DNA of 64,000 bases, taken from positions 3,793-67,792 of the forward strand of contig JAFTJE010000033.1 of NCBI GenBank assembly GCA_017456545.1. The letters are read 5' to 3'. The notes below the pieces were generated by a model that saw nothing but the letters and a program-made list of their open reading frames with translations, was not told the origin of the DNA and did not search any database. The DNA comes from Clostridia bacterium (GTDB lineage Bacteria > Bacillota > Clostridia > Oscillospirales > CAG-272). The position numbers were made by a program, and so were the translations under genes. Of the stretch, positions 18,140 to 26,931 are shown piece by piece; the stretch's first letter is position 1; every line of letters starts with the position of its first letter.

Positions 18140-18938
18140 TAGATACTCCTATCTTATCTATATACTTAGATAAAAGCTTTTTTAATAATTTTGTAAGAAG
18201 CACCTCAAAAATAAAGCTTAAAATAATTACAGTAGCAGTCCATGCAAATAAATCTGCATAATTTAAGTACTGCTTAGATTCAAAAATAGCTTTTCCTATT
18301 GAACGCAACGGTACACACAATACCTCAGCCGCTATTCCCGCCTTCCAACCAAGACCAATTGATGAAAGTAGAGAAGATATAAAATACGGAGTAATAGTAG
18401 GTATATATAAGGACTTTATCATTTTCTTTCTTGGAATTTTATAAAGCCTACACACTTCTAAAAGTCCGATATCAACACTTTTCATTCCTTGATATAAATT
18501 TGTAAAAACAATAGGAAAAACCATAAGTGCAGAAATAACAACAGGGGTTGCATTATTACCAATGAATATCCATATAAGAATAATAAATGAGGCTACAGGA
18601 GTGGATTTAATAATAGAAACCAAAGGAGAGATAATTTCATATGCAATATGATGAAATGAGCACAAAAGTGCTGTTACAGAGCCTAAAACTATTGCTATTA
18701 CAATACCAAGACCGACTCTTCCGAGAGAATAGAGAACATCTATAAAAAAATCCCCCGTTTTTATAAGCTCAAATATCCTAATAATAACATCTATTGGTGA
18801 AGGAAAAAATATAGGACCTATAATTAATGATGCAATCTCCCATATTCCAAGCCAAAATAAGGCAATTAGTATTATTTTTAATGGTTTGCTTAGTTTATAC
18901 ACCATAGTAGAAATCATCACCCGGAATAGCATTTCCAA
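18129..18938 (-). CDS. ABC transporter permease (BPD_transp_1 type)
   Basis: Multi-TM protein located between the SBP and ATPase genes. The real start is probably an internal Met (about 18905-18917), because the 5' end overlaps the SBP gene. Confidence 0.75.
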   Translation of the reverse strand: MEMLFRVMISTMVYKLSKPLKIILIALFWLGIWEIASLIIGPIFFPSPIDVIIRIFELIKTGDFFIDVLYSLGRVGLGIVIAIVLGSVTALLCSFHHIAYEIISPLVSIIKSTPVASFIILIWIFIGNNATPVVISALMVFPIVFTNLYQGMKSVDIGLLEVCRLYKIPRKKMIKSLYIPTITPYFISSLLSSIGLGWKAGIAAEVLCVPLRSIGKAIFESKQYLNYADLFAWTATVIILSFIFEVLLTKLLKKLLSKYIDKIGVSNGD

Positions 18939-19869
18939 TGCTTGCGGGTGCTACAGAATACATAGCCTTAAGGAAGTTGTCCATAGCCTCCTTCATTTCA
19001 TCACCGTCCATATATGCAATATTGCATTTTGGAATTGCATTTTTTGCTACATTTTCGTTAGCAAAAATATTAAATTCCTTAATATATGATGCACCCTTGG
19101 CTGGATTGTCGTTTATATAGTTAATGGACTCCTCGTAATCCTTAAGAAATTCATTTACGCTTCCGGGATATTTATCTGCGAATTCCTTTCTGACTACTAC
19201 ACATCCCTGGACAAGCTGCTTGCCACCGGAAACCTTGTTCCATTCGGATGTCAAATCTAAAGCAACCTTTACATTTGAATTGTTAGCCTTAACTATTGTT
19301 ACCATAGGCTCGGGAAGAACTGCTATTTCTACTTGACCTGCTATAACAGCAGTTCTTAAAGCATCGGGAGTTGCATATGTTGTAGAATCAACAGTTACCT
19401 TATTTTCAAGGTTATTTTCTTTGATTATATATTTTGTAATAAACGCCGGATTCTGAGAAGGGCAGTATATTGTTTTACCTTCAAGATCTGATATAGAATT
19501 TATCTCTACGCCGTTTGTAAGTACATAGAGAACGCCAAGAGTATTAATAGCTATTATTTGTACCTTTCCGTTAGTCTTATTGTATACATTTGCTGCTGCA
19601 TTAGTAGGAAGTGCAGCAATATCAATATTACCTTTTATAAGACCTGCCATTACAACACTGGGGTCAGTCTCAACTGAAAACTTATATTTGTTGGATGTGT
19701 TTCCAAGACTGCTTTCTTTCATTAACTGAGCCATTCCGAATCCGGTAGTACCATTCAATGTAGCCACATTTATCTCACCGTCTGTTTTGCTTTCTCCACA
19801 ACCAGAGAATGCAAGGATGGATGATGCAATTAAGACAATTGCCAAAATTACTGAAATTAACTTTTTCAT
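18895..19869 (-). CDS. ABC transporter substrate-binding lipoprotein (NMT1/SsuA-like)
   Basis: Has a signal peptide with lipobox FSGC and a periplasmic-binding-protein-like sequence. Substrate is unknown. Confidence 0.7.
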   Translation of the reverse strand: MKKLISVILAIVLIASSILAFSGCGESKTDGEINVATLNGTTGFGMAQLMKESSLGNTSNKYKFSVETDPSVVMAGLIKGNIDIAALPTNAAANVYNKTNGKVQIIAINTLGVLYVLTNGVEINSISDLEGKTIYCPSQNPAFITKYIIKENNLENKVTVDSTTYATPDALRTAVIAGQVEIAVLPEPMVTIVKANNSNVKVALDLTSEWNKVSGGKQLVQGCVVVRKEFADKYPGSVNEFLKDYEESINYINDNPAKGASYIKEFNIFANENVAKNAIPKCNIAYMDGDEMKEAMDNFLKAMYSVAPASIGNAIPGDDFYYGV

Positions 19870-19874
19870 GATTT

Positions 19875-20507
19875 TTATACCTCTTTTAATATAATTTCTT
19901 TATCTTTTTTTATTATTAATCCGTCATTTTCAAGCTTGTCAAATGCTCTGTATAAAGATGCTCTTCCTATTCCAAGCATTTTGGCAATTGCCGAAAAGTC
20001 CGTATTTAATACAATTTTATTATCTTTTCTCGGTAATTGAAGAAGATAAGTGTATAATTTATTGTCTGTAGTTTTTGCAGTATATGCACTGATTTTTTTA
20101 TTAAGGAACCCAATCTTTTTTGCAAGTAATTTAATGTAGTTCAAAGCTATATTCTTATCAGCTTCAATACATTTTTCTATAAATTCCTTGTTGATTATTA
20201 AAACCGAACATTTGCTTGTTGCAACAATTTTTGTAAGATGCTTTTGATTATCAAAAATCTTTGCTACTCCGTATATATCGTCCTTTACAAGCTTACGAAT
20301 TATAACTCCGTCATCACCCGATATTATAGAGGCTTTTCCGTTCAATAGAATACCAATATTTTGTTCCGATTTGAAATCCTGCAATATATCTCCGGACTGG
20401 TAATCCACTATATTGCATCCTTCAAAACTGCAGCACTTATCGATTGTTGCATAACTTATGTTTTCAAAAAGGAAAATATTTGATAAAATTTCTCTTGTAT
20501 TTTTCAT
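19875..20507 (-). CDS. Crp/Fnr-family transcriptional regulator
   Basis: Has an N-terminal cNMP-binding-like beta-roll and a C-terminal HTH (AIAKMLGIGRASLYRAFDKL). It lies 5 nt upstream of the SBP gene, so it is likely the first gene of the operon. Confidence 0.8.
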   Translation of the reverse strand: MKNTREILSNIFLFENISYATIDKCCSFEGCNIVDYQSGDILQDFKSEQNIGILLNGKASIISGDDGVIIRKLVKDDIYGVAKIFDNQKHLTKIVATSKCSVLIINKEFIEKCIEADKNIALNYIKLLAKKIGFLNKKISAYTAKTTDNKLYTYLLQLPRKDNKIVLNTDFSAIAKMLGIGRASLYRAFDKLENDGLIIKKDKEIILKEV

Positions 20508-20540
20508 AAATTCTCCAAAAGTGTATCATATGATACACAT

Positions 20541-20569
20541 ATCATATCAAAATTATATACTTTTGTCAA
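20541..20569 (-). promoter_or_regulatory. Sigma-A-type promoter for the crp-ABC operon
   Basis: On the minus strand: TTGACA, a 17-nt spacer, then TATGAT. The 18-bp palindrome follows immediately. Confidence 0.5.
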
Positions 20570-20649
20570 TATAATTTTGTAAATATATTGATTTTTTTTC
20601 TTAAATGTTATATCATAGATATATAGAAAAATGTAAAGGAGAAATACCA

Positions 20650-21663
20650 ATGGCTATTTTAGTTACAGGTGGTACAGGTTTTATTGGCTCTCATACTGTT
20701 GTAGAGCTTTTGAATGATGGTAGAGAGGTTATTATTCTTGATAATCTTTGCAATTCCAAGCTTTGTGTTCTTGATAGAATTAAAGCTATAACAGGCAAGG
20801 AAGTAAAGTTTTATAAGGCTGACTTACTTGATTTTGATGCTGTTGATGCTATATTTAAGGAGAACAATATCGATTCAGTAATTCATTTTGCAGGTCTTAA
20901 GGCAGTTGGAGAAAGCGTTGCCAAGCCTATGCTTTATTATCATAACAATATTACAGGTACACTTAATCTTACTAAGGCTATGGCAGCTAACGGATGTAAG
21001 AGAATTGTATTTTCATCCTCTGCTACAGTATACGGTAAGCCCGAGAGTGTACCGATAAGAGAGGATTTCCCGCTTTCAACAACTAATCCATACGGTGAGA
21101 CAAAGCTTATGATTGAGAGAATACTCTCTGATATAGTGGTATCCGATCCCGAGTGGAGTGTTTCTATTCTTCGTTATTTCAATCCCATCGGTGCTCATGA
21201 AAGTGGTCTTATCGGTGAGGATCCTAAGGGTATTCCTAACAATCTTTTGCCTTATATTGTTAAGGTTGCATCCGGTAAATACGATCATTTAAGTGTTTTT
21301 GGAAATGATTATAATACACACGACGGTACAGGAGTTCGTGACTATATTCATGTAGTTGACCTTGCAGATGCACATCTTAAGGCTCTTGACAGAGCAAAGC
21401 AGGTTACAGGTATTGAGCATTTCAATATAGGTACAGGAAACGGTTATTCGGTTCTTGATATTGTAAAAGCATATGAGAAGGCAACAGGACTCCCTGTAAA
21501 GTACGAGATTTGTCCTCGTCGTCCGGGTGATATTGACGAATGCTATGCCGACCCCACAAAGGCATACACAGTACTTGGATGGAAGGCGAAATACGATATT
21601 GATAAAATGTGCATAGACTCTGCAAACTGGCAGAAGAAGAATCCTGACGGCTACGGAGAATAA
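20650..21663 (+). CDS. galE: UDP-glucose 4-epimerase
   Basis: MAILVTGGTGFIGSH (Rossmann fold) and YGETK (YxxxK). The start is moved to ATG 20650, behind AAAGGAG. Confidence 0.95.
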   Translation: MAILVTGGTGFIGSHTVVELLNDGREVIILDNLCNSKLCVLDRIKAITGKEVKFYKADLLDFDAVDAIFKENNIDSVIHFAGLKAVGESVAKPMLYYHNNITGTLNLTKAMAANGCKRIVFSSSATVYGKPESVPIREDFPLSTTNPYGETKLMIERILSDIVVSDPEWSVSILRYFNPIGAHESGLIGEDPKGIPNNLLPYIVKVASGKYDHLSVFGNDYNTHDGTGVRDYIHVVDLADAHLKALDRAKQVTGIEHFNIGTGNGYSVLDIVKAYEKATGLPVKYEICPRRPGDIDECYADPTKAYTVLGWKAKYDIDKMCIDSANWQKKNPDGYGE

Positions 21664-21664
21664 T

Positions 21665-22717
21665 ATGATTACTAAGAGTTTTTTTGATAAAATGCCTGAC
21701 GGTAGAGAAGTTTATGCTTACACGCTTACAAACTCCAATAATGCAAGCGTAAAGCTTCTTTCATTAGGCGGTAGAATTAACGAGCTTAATATTCCGGATA
21801 AAAACGGGGTCCTTGCCGATGTTGTGTGCGGATTCGATAATGTAAAGGCTTATCTTGGCGATATCGGATATCATGGAGCACTTATAGGTCGCTTTGGCAA
21901 CAGAATTTCTAAAGCTAAGTTTTCCATTGACGGTAAAGAATACAACCTTTTTGTTAACAATGGCAGAAACCATCTTCACGGTGGTGAATTCGGCTTTGAC
22001 AAAAAAATATGGGATATCAAAACTTGGGAAATCGGAGGAACTATGTATCTCGAAGCCTCCATAGTTAGCCCCGACGGAGAAGAAGGATATCCCGGTACAC
22101 TGCAGGTAAAGGTACTTTATACCTTTGATAATGAAAATGTGCTTTCTATAAATTATAAGGCTACAACAGATAAGAAAACTATTGTTAATATGACAAATCA
22201 CTCGTATTTCAATCTTGCAGGTCATGATAGTGGAACTATAATGGATCACACACTTTGGCTTGACGCTGATAAAATCACCTTGACCGATGATGAGCTTATT
22301 CCAACAGGTAAAGAGCTCTGTGTGGAGAATACAGAATTTGATTTCAAAAAAGAAAAAACAATAGGTAAAGAAATAGATAACAATAATATTAATCTTATCT
22401 ACGGTCAGGGATATGATCATAACTACATACTTAACACAAACGGTGAAATCAAGCATTTTGCTACTCTTAAGGACCCAAAGTCTGGTAGAGTAATGAAGGT
22501 ATATACAAATCAGCCCTGTGTACAGATTTACACAGGTAACTGCGTTGCAACAGATTATGAACCCTTCAAAAACGGTGTTAAGCCAATCAAGAGATGTGGA
22601 GTATGTATTGAAACACAGCACGCACCGGATGCACCCAATCATCCTGAATTTTTGACATGTGAGCTTAACCCCGGTGAGCTTTACGATTATACAACTGTTT
22701 TCAAATTTGAAAATTAA
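21665..22717 (+). CDS. galM: Aldose 1-epimerase (galactose mutarotase)
   Basis: Mutarotase-type sequence of 350 aa (GRFGNRI, NHLHGG, TNHSYFNL), immediately after galE. Confidence 0.9.
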   Translation: MITKSFFDKMPDGREVYAYTLTNSNNASVKLLSLGGRINELNIPDKNGVLADVVCGFDNVKAYLGDIGYHGALIGRFGNRISKAKFSIDGKEYNLFVNNGRNHLHGGEFGFDKKIWDIKTWEIGGTMYLEASIVSPDGEEGYPGTLQVKVLYTFDNENVLSINYKATTDKKTIVNMTNHSYFNLAGHDSGTIMDHTLWLDADKITLTDDELIPTGKELCVENTEFDFKKEKTIGKEIDNNNINLIYGQGYDHNYILNTNGEIKHFATLKDPKSGRVMKVYTNQPCVQIYTGNCVATDYEPFKNGVKPIKRCGVCIETQHAPDAPNHPEFLTCELNPGELYDYTTVFKFEN

Positions 22718-22721
22718 TAGA

Positions 22722-22750
22722 GAAAACCGCATTTTTATGCGGTTTTCTTC
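22722..22750 (+). terminator. Rho-independent terminator after galM
   Basis: The arm gaaaaccgcat pairs with atgcggttttc. Confidence 0.8.
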
Positions 22751-22785
22751 ATATATTATATTAACATAATGAATCTGGAGTTAAT

Positions 22786-23055
22786 ATGATATATTTTTCA
22801 AGCAATGAAGAAAGATGTGAAAAATTTGCTACATATATTTTAGAAAATAAAACTACTGTTCGTCAGACAGCAAAAAAATTCGGCTACAGTAAATCAACCG
22901 TACATAAAGATATAACGGAAAAGCTATATAAAATAAATTATAATCTTTATTGCCAAGTGGAGAAGCTTCTTCAATTAAATAAATCAGAGCGTCATTTACG
23001 AGGCGGAGAAGCTACGAGATTAAAGTATCTAATAAAAAATTCAAAAAATACTTAA
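22786..23055 (+). CDS. spoIIID: Sporulation transcriptional regulator SpoIIID
   Basis: TVRQTAKKFGYSKSTVHKDI and SERHLRGGEATRLKY closely resemble B. subtilis SpoIIID. Confidence 0.9.
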   Translation: MIYFSSNEERCEKFATYILENKTTVRQTAKKFGYSKSTVHKDITEKLYKINYNLYCQVEKLLQLNKSERHLRGGEATRLKYLIKNSKNT

Positions 23056-23447
23056 TTTTCTGCCATTATGTATATTTCTCCTGACAAATTTGTATCTGAA
23101 AATTTCTATTGAATTAATTATACAAAATGCAAATTTTATATAATATGGAGAATACAATGGTTTAACAAAAAATTTCGCCTTGATAAATTCATCGGGCGAT
23201 TTTTTTATTGAAAAACATATCTGTTCTTGATAACGCAATTATTTTTTGTTTTATGATGAATTGATCGATTAAAATATTAATTTTATGGTTTTTAAGGAGC
23301 AAATCGTAATTTCCATCATTCTGTTATATTTTTTGTTATAATGAGAGCATTATTAATTCTAATTAGTGGAAAATATATATTTTATATAATATATTTTTTG
23401 AATGAAATATTATAAATAATTATTTTAATATTTTTAGTAATTTACTA

Positions 23448-23476
23448 TTGACAAATCAATTACCTTATGATATACT
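23448..23476 (+). promoter_or_regulatory. Sigma-A-type promoter for ylxM-ffh
   Basis: TTGACA, a 17-nt spacer, then TATACT. Confidence 0.55.
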
Positions 23477-23520
23477 TGTAAAGCAATTAAGTTTACACCT
23501 ATTCAGGAGGTAAAATAGTT

Positions 23521-23883
23521 ATGTTTGAAAAAAATTTGAATATTTCTGTTTTACTGGACTTTTACGGTGATATACTTACTGAAAGACAAAAAGATATGCT
23601 TGATATGTATTATAATAACGATCTTTCACTTTCTGAAATTGCAGAAAATTTTTCTATATCAAGACAAGGTGTTCGCAGCGTTTTGAAAAAAGGTGAAACT
23701 ATTCTGACTGAAATGGAAGAAAAGCTTAATCTTGCTTCAAGATTTGGAACAGTACAAGAAAAATCCGATAAAATCGCAGAACGCCTTACTAAACTTAATT
23801 CAAAAATAAATGACAGTTTTGTTTCGAATGAAATTGATTCGATTATAAGTCAAATCAAAGAACTTGCTGATTATACTGATTAA
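23521..23883 (+). CDS. ylxM: YlxM/UPF0122 HTH protein, upstream of ffh
   Basis: LLDFYGDILTERQKDMLDMYYNNDLSLSEIAE matches the sigma-70 region-4-like YlxM family, in the conserved position. Confidence 0.85.
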   Translation: MFEKNLNISVLLDFYGDILTERQKDMLDMYYNNDLSLSEIAENFSISRQGVRSVLKKGETILTEMEEKLNLASRFGTVQEKSDKIAERLTKLNSKINDSFVSNEIDSIISQIKELADYTD

Positions 23884-23899
23884 CTGGAGGTTATAATCA

Positions 23900-25246
23900 A
23901 TGTTTCAGAATTTATCCGAAAAATTGTCTAATGCTTTTAAGCGTTTTAGAAATAAAGGTAAATTAACTCCTGCTGATGTAAAAGAAGGTATGCGAGAAAT
24001 TAAGCTTGCTCTTCTCGAGGCGGATGTTAGCTTTAAGGTTGTAAAGGAATTTGTAAAATCTGTAACTGACAGGGCGATAGGCTCCGAGGTTTTGGAAAGC
24101 CTCCTCCCCGGTCAACAGGTCGTAAAAATAGTTAATGAAGAGCTTATTAACCTTATGGGTAAAACCCAGGCAAAGCTCGAAATTGATTCCAGACCTCCTA
24201 CTGTTGTAATGATGGTGGGCTTGCAGGGTGCAGGTAAAACAACTCATTCAGGTAAAATAGCCGGCCTTTATAAAAAGCAAGGAAAAAATCCTCTTTTGGT
24301 AGCATGTGATGTATATCGTCCTGCTGCTATTAAGCAGTTACAGGTAGTTGGTGAAAAGCTCGGTATTGCCGTCTACGCCGATGAAAAATCTAAAAATCCC
24401 GTTTCTATTGCTAAGGATGCCCTTGCCTATGCTAAAAAGCACGGACATGATATGGTATTTATAGATACCGCAGGTAGGTTGCATGTAGATGAGGTTCTTA
24501 TGAAGGAGCTTCAGAATATTAAGGCAGCTACCAACCCTATTGAAATTCTTTTGGTTGTTGATGCAATGCTTGGACAGGATGCTGTAAATGTTGCGGAAAG
24601 CTTTAATAATATGCTTGAAATCACAGGTGTAGTTCTTACAAAGCTTGACGGTGACACTCGTGGTGGTGCTGCTCTTTCCGTTAGATATGTTACAGGTAAG
24701 CCTATTAAATTTGTAGGTACCGGAGAAAAGCTTGATACAATTGAGCCCTTCTATCCCGACAGAATGGCATCAAGAATACTTGGAATGGGAGATGTTCTCT
24801 CTTTAATTGAAAAAGCTGAAGAAAACTTTGACAAGAAAAAAGCTGAAGAATTAGAGAAAAAAATGAGGCAAAATACATTTACCCTCACCGATTATCTTGA
24901 TCAGCTTGCTCAGCTTAAAAAGATGGGATCCCTTGATAGCCTGATGGGTATGATTCCCGGTATGAATACTGCAGCAATGAAGGATGCGAAGGTTGATGAA
25001 GGTATGCTTGCCCGTACAGAGGCTATCATCCTTTCTATGACACCTAAAGAAAGAGTTAACCCCGATATAATCAACTCTTCTCGCAAAAAAAGGATTGCTT
25101 CAGGTAGTGGTACCTCCGTCGAGGAAATTAACAAGCTTCTCAAGCAGTTTGAACAAATGAAGAAAATGATGAAGCAAATGGCTTCCGGTAAGCTTGGTGG
25201 ATTATTTGGCGGATTTGGAAAAAGAAAAATGCCTTTCAAATTTTAA
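23900..25246 (+). CDS. ffh: Signal recognition particle protein Ffh
   Basis: Has an NG domain (GLQGAGKTT, DTAGR, TKLDGD) and a Met-rich M domain. Confidence 0.97.
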   Translation: MFQNLSEKLSNAFKRFRNKGKLTPADVKEGMREIKLALLEADVSFKVVKEFVKSVTDRAIGSEVLESLLPGQQVVKIVNEELINLMGKTQAKLEIDSRPPTVVMMVGLQGAGKTTHSGKIAGLYKKQGKNPLLVACDVYRPAAIKQLQVVGEKLGIAVYADEKSKNPVSIAKDALAYAKKHGHDMVFIDTAGRLHVDEVLMKELQNIKAATNPIEILLVVDAMLGQDAVNVAESFNNMLEITGVVLTKLDGDTRGGAALSVRYVTGKPIKFVGTGEKLDTIEPFYPDRMASRILGMGDVLSLIEKAEENFDKKKAEELEKKMRQNTFTLTDYLDQLAQLKKMGSLDSLMGMIPGMNTAAMKDAKVDEGMLARTEAIILSMTPKERVNPDIINSSRKKRIASGSGTSVEEINKLLKQFEQMKKMMKQMASGKLGGLFGGFGKRKMPFKF

Positions 25247-25291
25247 TTAAAAAATCAAATATAAACAAAACATTTATGGAGGAAAACAAAA

Positions 25292-25537
25292 ATGGCAGTT
25301 AAAATCAGACTTAAGAGAATGGGTGCAAAGAAGGCTCCCTTTTACCGTGTAATCGTTGCAGATGAAAGATCTCCCAGAGATGGCAAGTTCATCGATGAGA
25401 TCGGCTACTACAACCCTTTGAGAGATCCTGCTGAAATCAAGATCGATACAGCAAAGGCTGAAAAGTGGTTGAACGACGGTGCACAGCCCACTGAAACTGT
25501 AAAGTCTATCCTTAAGAAAAGCGGAATTGTTAAATAA
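25292..25537 (+). CDS. rpsP: 30S ribosomal protein S16
   Basis: [24 protein letters not shown] matches the canonical S16 N-terminus. Confidence 0.97.
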   Translation: MAVKIRLKRMGAKKAPFYRVIVADERSPRDGKFIDEIGYYNPLRDPAEIKIDTAKAEKWLNDGAQPTETVKSILKKSGIVK

Positions 25538-25592
25538 TCTACTTCCAATTAAAGAAAGGTGATTATTTTTACGAATAATCAAGGTGTGCAAT

Positions 25593-25829
25593 ATGATAAA
25601 TTTAAGCACAGTTCTTGGTAATATTGTAAAATCTATTGTCGATAATCCCGATAAGGTAGTTATTACAGAGCATGTGGAAGGCGACGAAGTGCTTTTGACA
25701 TTAACCGTAGCAGAGGAAGATGTCGGCATGGTTATAGGTAAACATGGCAAAATTGCCAAGGCGATGCGTACTGTGATGAAGACTGTTGCAAAAATTGATA
25801 ACAGAAAGGTTACAGTCGAAATTAAATAA
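25593..25829 (+). CDS. KH-domain RNA-binding protein (YlqC/UPF0109)
   Basis: GMVIGKHGKIAKAMRTV matches the KH GxxG loop, in the conserved position after rpsP. ATG 25593 is preferred over the upstream GTG. Confidence 0.85.
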   Translation: MINLSTVLGNIVKSIVDNPDKVVITEHVEGDEVLLTLTVAEEDVGMVIGKHGKIAKAMRTVMKTVAKIDNRKVTVEIK

Positions 25830-25833
25830 AATT

Positions 25834-25859
25834 AGCGGAGATCTATTCTCCGCTTTTTT
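25834..25859 (+). terminator. Rho-independent terminator
   Basis: The arm agcggag pairs with ctccgct, followed by a T-run. Confidence 0.8.
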
Positions 25860-25869
25860 ATATTGTATA

Positions 25870-25898
25870 TTGACTTTTGTGGTTATTTATATTAAAAT
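25870..25898 (+). promoter_or_regulatory. Sigma-A-type promoter for manA
   Basis: TTGACT, a 17-nt spacer, then TAAAAT. Confidence 0.5.
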
Positions 25899-25935
25899 AT
25901 TTATATAAAAATAATGAAAATGGAGTTTATAAACT

Positions 25936-26886
25936 ATGTTAAAGCCTATAAAATTAAATCCGGAATTCAAAGAAATAATCTGGGGTGGAAATAAATTAAA
26001 AACCGATTATAATAAGGCATCAAATCTTAAAAATATTGCTGAAAGCTGGGAATTGACTGTTAGAAATGATGGTATGAATACTATTAATGACGGTGAATTT
26101 AAGGGCTTTACAATGCAGGAGTATATCGATAAAAACGGTTTTTCTGTTGTAACCGATAAAGAGCTTGATCGCTTCCCTCTTCTTATTAAATTTATTGATG
26201 CAGAGGATAATCTCTCAATCCAGGTTCATCCCGATGATGAATATGCTCTTAATAAAGCAAACAGCCTCGGAAAAACTGAAATGTGGTATGTAATTGATGC
26301 TAAGCCCGGAGCAAAGCTTGTATATGGCTTAAAGCCAGGCTGTGATGTTCAATCACTTGGAGAAGCAATTTCCAATGGAACAGTAGAGGAACAGCTTAAT
26401 TATGTCAGCGTTAAAAAGGGAGATGTATTCTTTATCCCTTCAGGACTTGTACATGCTATCGGTGCCGGAATTTTATTAGCAGAAATACAGCAAAATTCAA
26501 ACATTACATACAGAGTATATGATTATAACAGGGTCGGTAAGGACGGTAAACCAAGAGAGCTCCATATAACAGATGCACTTAATGTTATTGTAAACAGAAG
26601 TGAATATGAAATTAATAAAATAAGATATTCAAAGGGTGAAAAAACAGATACCTGCTTAGCATCCTGTGAGTTCTTTACTGTTAATAAATATACCCTTGAC
26701 GGTGAAATTACCCTTTCAACAAGTAAAGAAAGCTTTAATTCTGTTCTCTGCCTCGACGGTGAAGCAAAAATTATATATAACGATATGGAATTTCCTGTTG
26801 TAAAGGGGGACAGCTATTTTGTCCCTGCAAATATAGGAGATTACAAAATAATAGGTAAAGCTGAAATAATAGTATCCGAAATATAA
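25936..26886 (+). CDS. manA: Mannose-6-phosphate isomerase, class I
   Basis: Cupin-type PMI of 316 aa: WGG..., QVHPDD, TEMWYV, VHAIGAG. Confidence 0.85.
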   Translation: MLKPIKLNPEFKEIIWGGNKLKTDYNKASNLKNIAESWELTVRNDGMNTINDGEFKGFTMQEYIDKNGFSVVTDKELDRFPLLIKFIDAEDNLSIQVHPDDEYALNKANSLGKTEMWYVIDAKPGAKLVYGLKPGCDVQSLGEAISNGTVEEQLNYVSVKKGDVFFIPSGLVHAIGAGILLAEIQQNSNITYRVYDYNRVGKDGKPRELHITDALNVIVNRSEYEINKIRYSKGEKTDTCLASCEFFTVNKYTLDGEITLSTSKESFNSVLCLDGEAKIIYNDMEFPVVKGDSYFVPANIGDYKIIGKAEIIVSEI

Positions 26887-26890
26887 ATAT

Positions 26891-26924
26891 AAAAAAGGAG
26901 TTGTCGAATGCAACTCCTTTTTTA
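26891..26924. terminator. Bidirectional terminator at the convergent manA/yebC junction
   Basis: The arm aaggagttg pairs with caactcctt, flanked by an A-run and a T-run. Confidence 0.8.
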
Positions 26925-26931
26925 ATGTTTA

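Noticed and set aside
21764-22732. A 322-aa ORF runs fully antisense to galM.
   Set aside because: The ORF is in the same codon phase as galM (both 2 mod 3), so it only reflects the absence of TTA, CTA and TCA codons in galM after codon ~33. Its ATG lies inside the loop of the galM terminator hairpin, with no Shine-Dalgarno sequence. The product is Cys/Ile/Phe-rich with no recognisable domain. The strong avoidance of these three codons in galM is a mildly notable codon-usage feature in such an A+T-rich genome, but it is not evidence for a gene.
23041-23238. A 65-aa minus-strand ORF lies in the spoIIID/ylxM gap.
   Set aside because: It has a TTG start without a Shine-Dalgarno sequence and overlaps the 3' end of spoIIID. 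The product is Phe/Ile/Lys-rich, as expected from translating A+T-rich spacer DNA.
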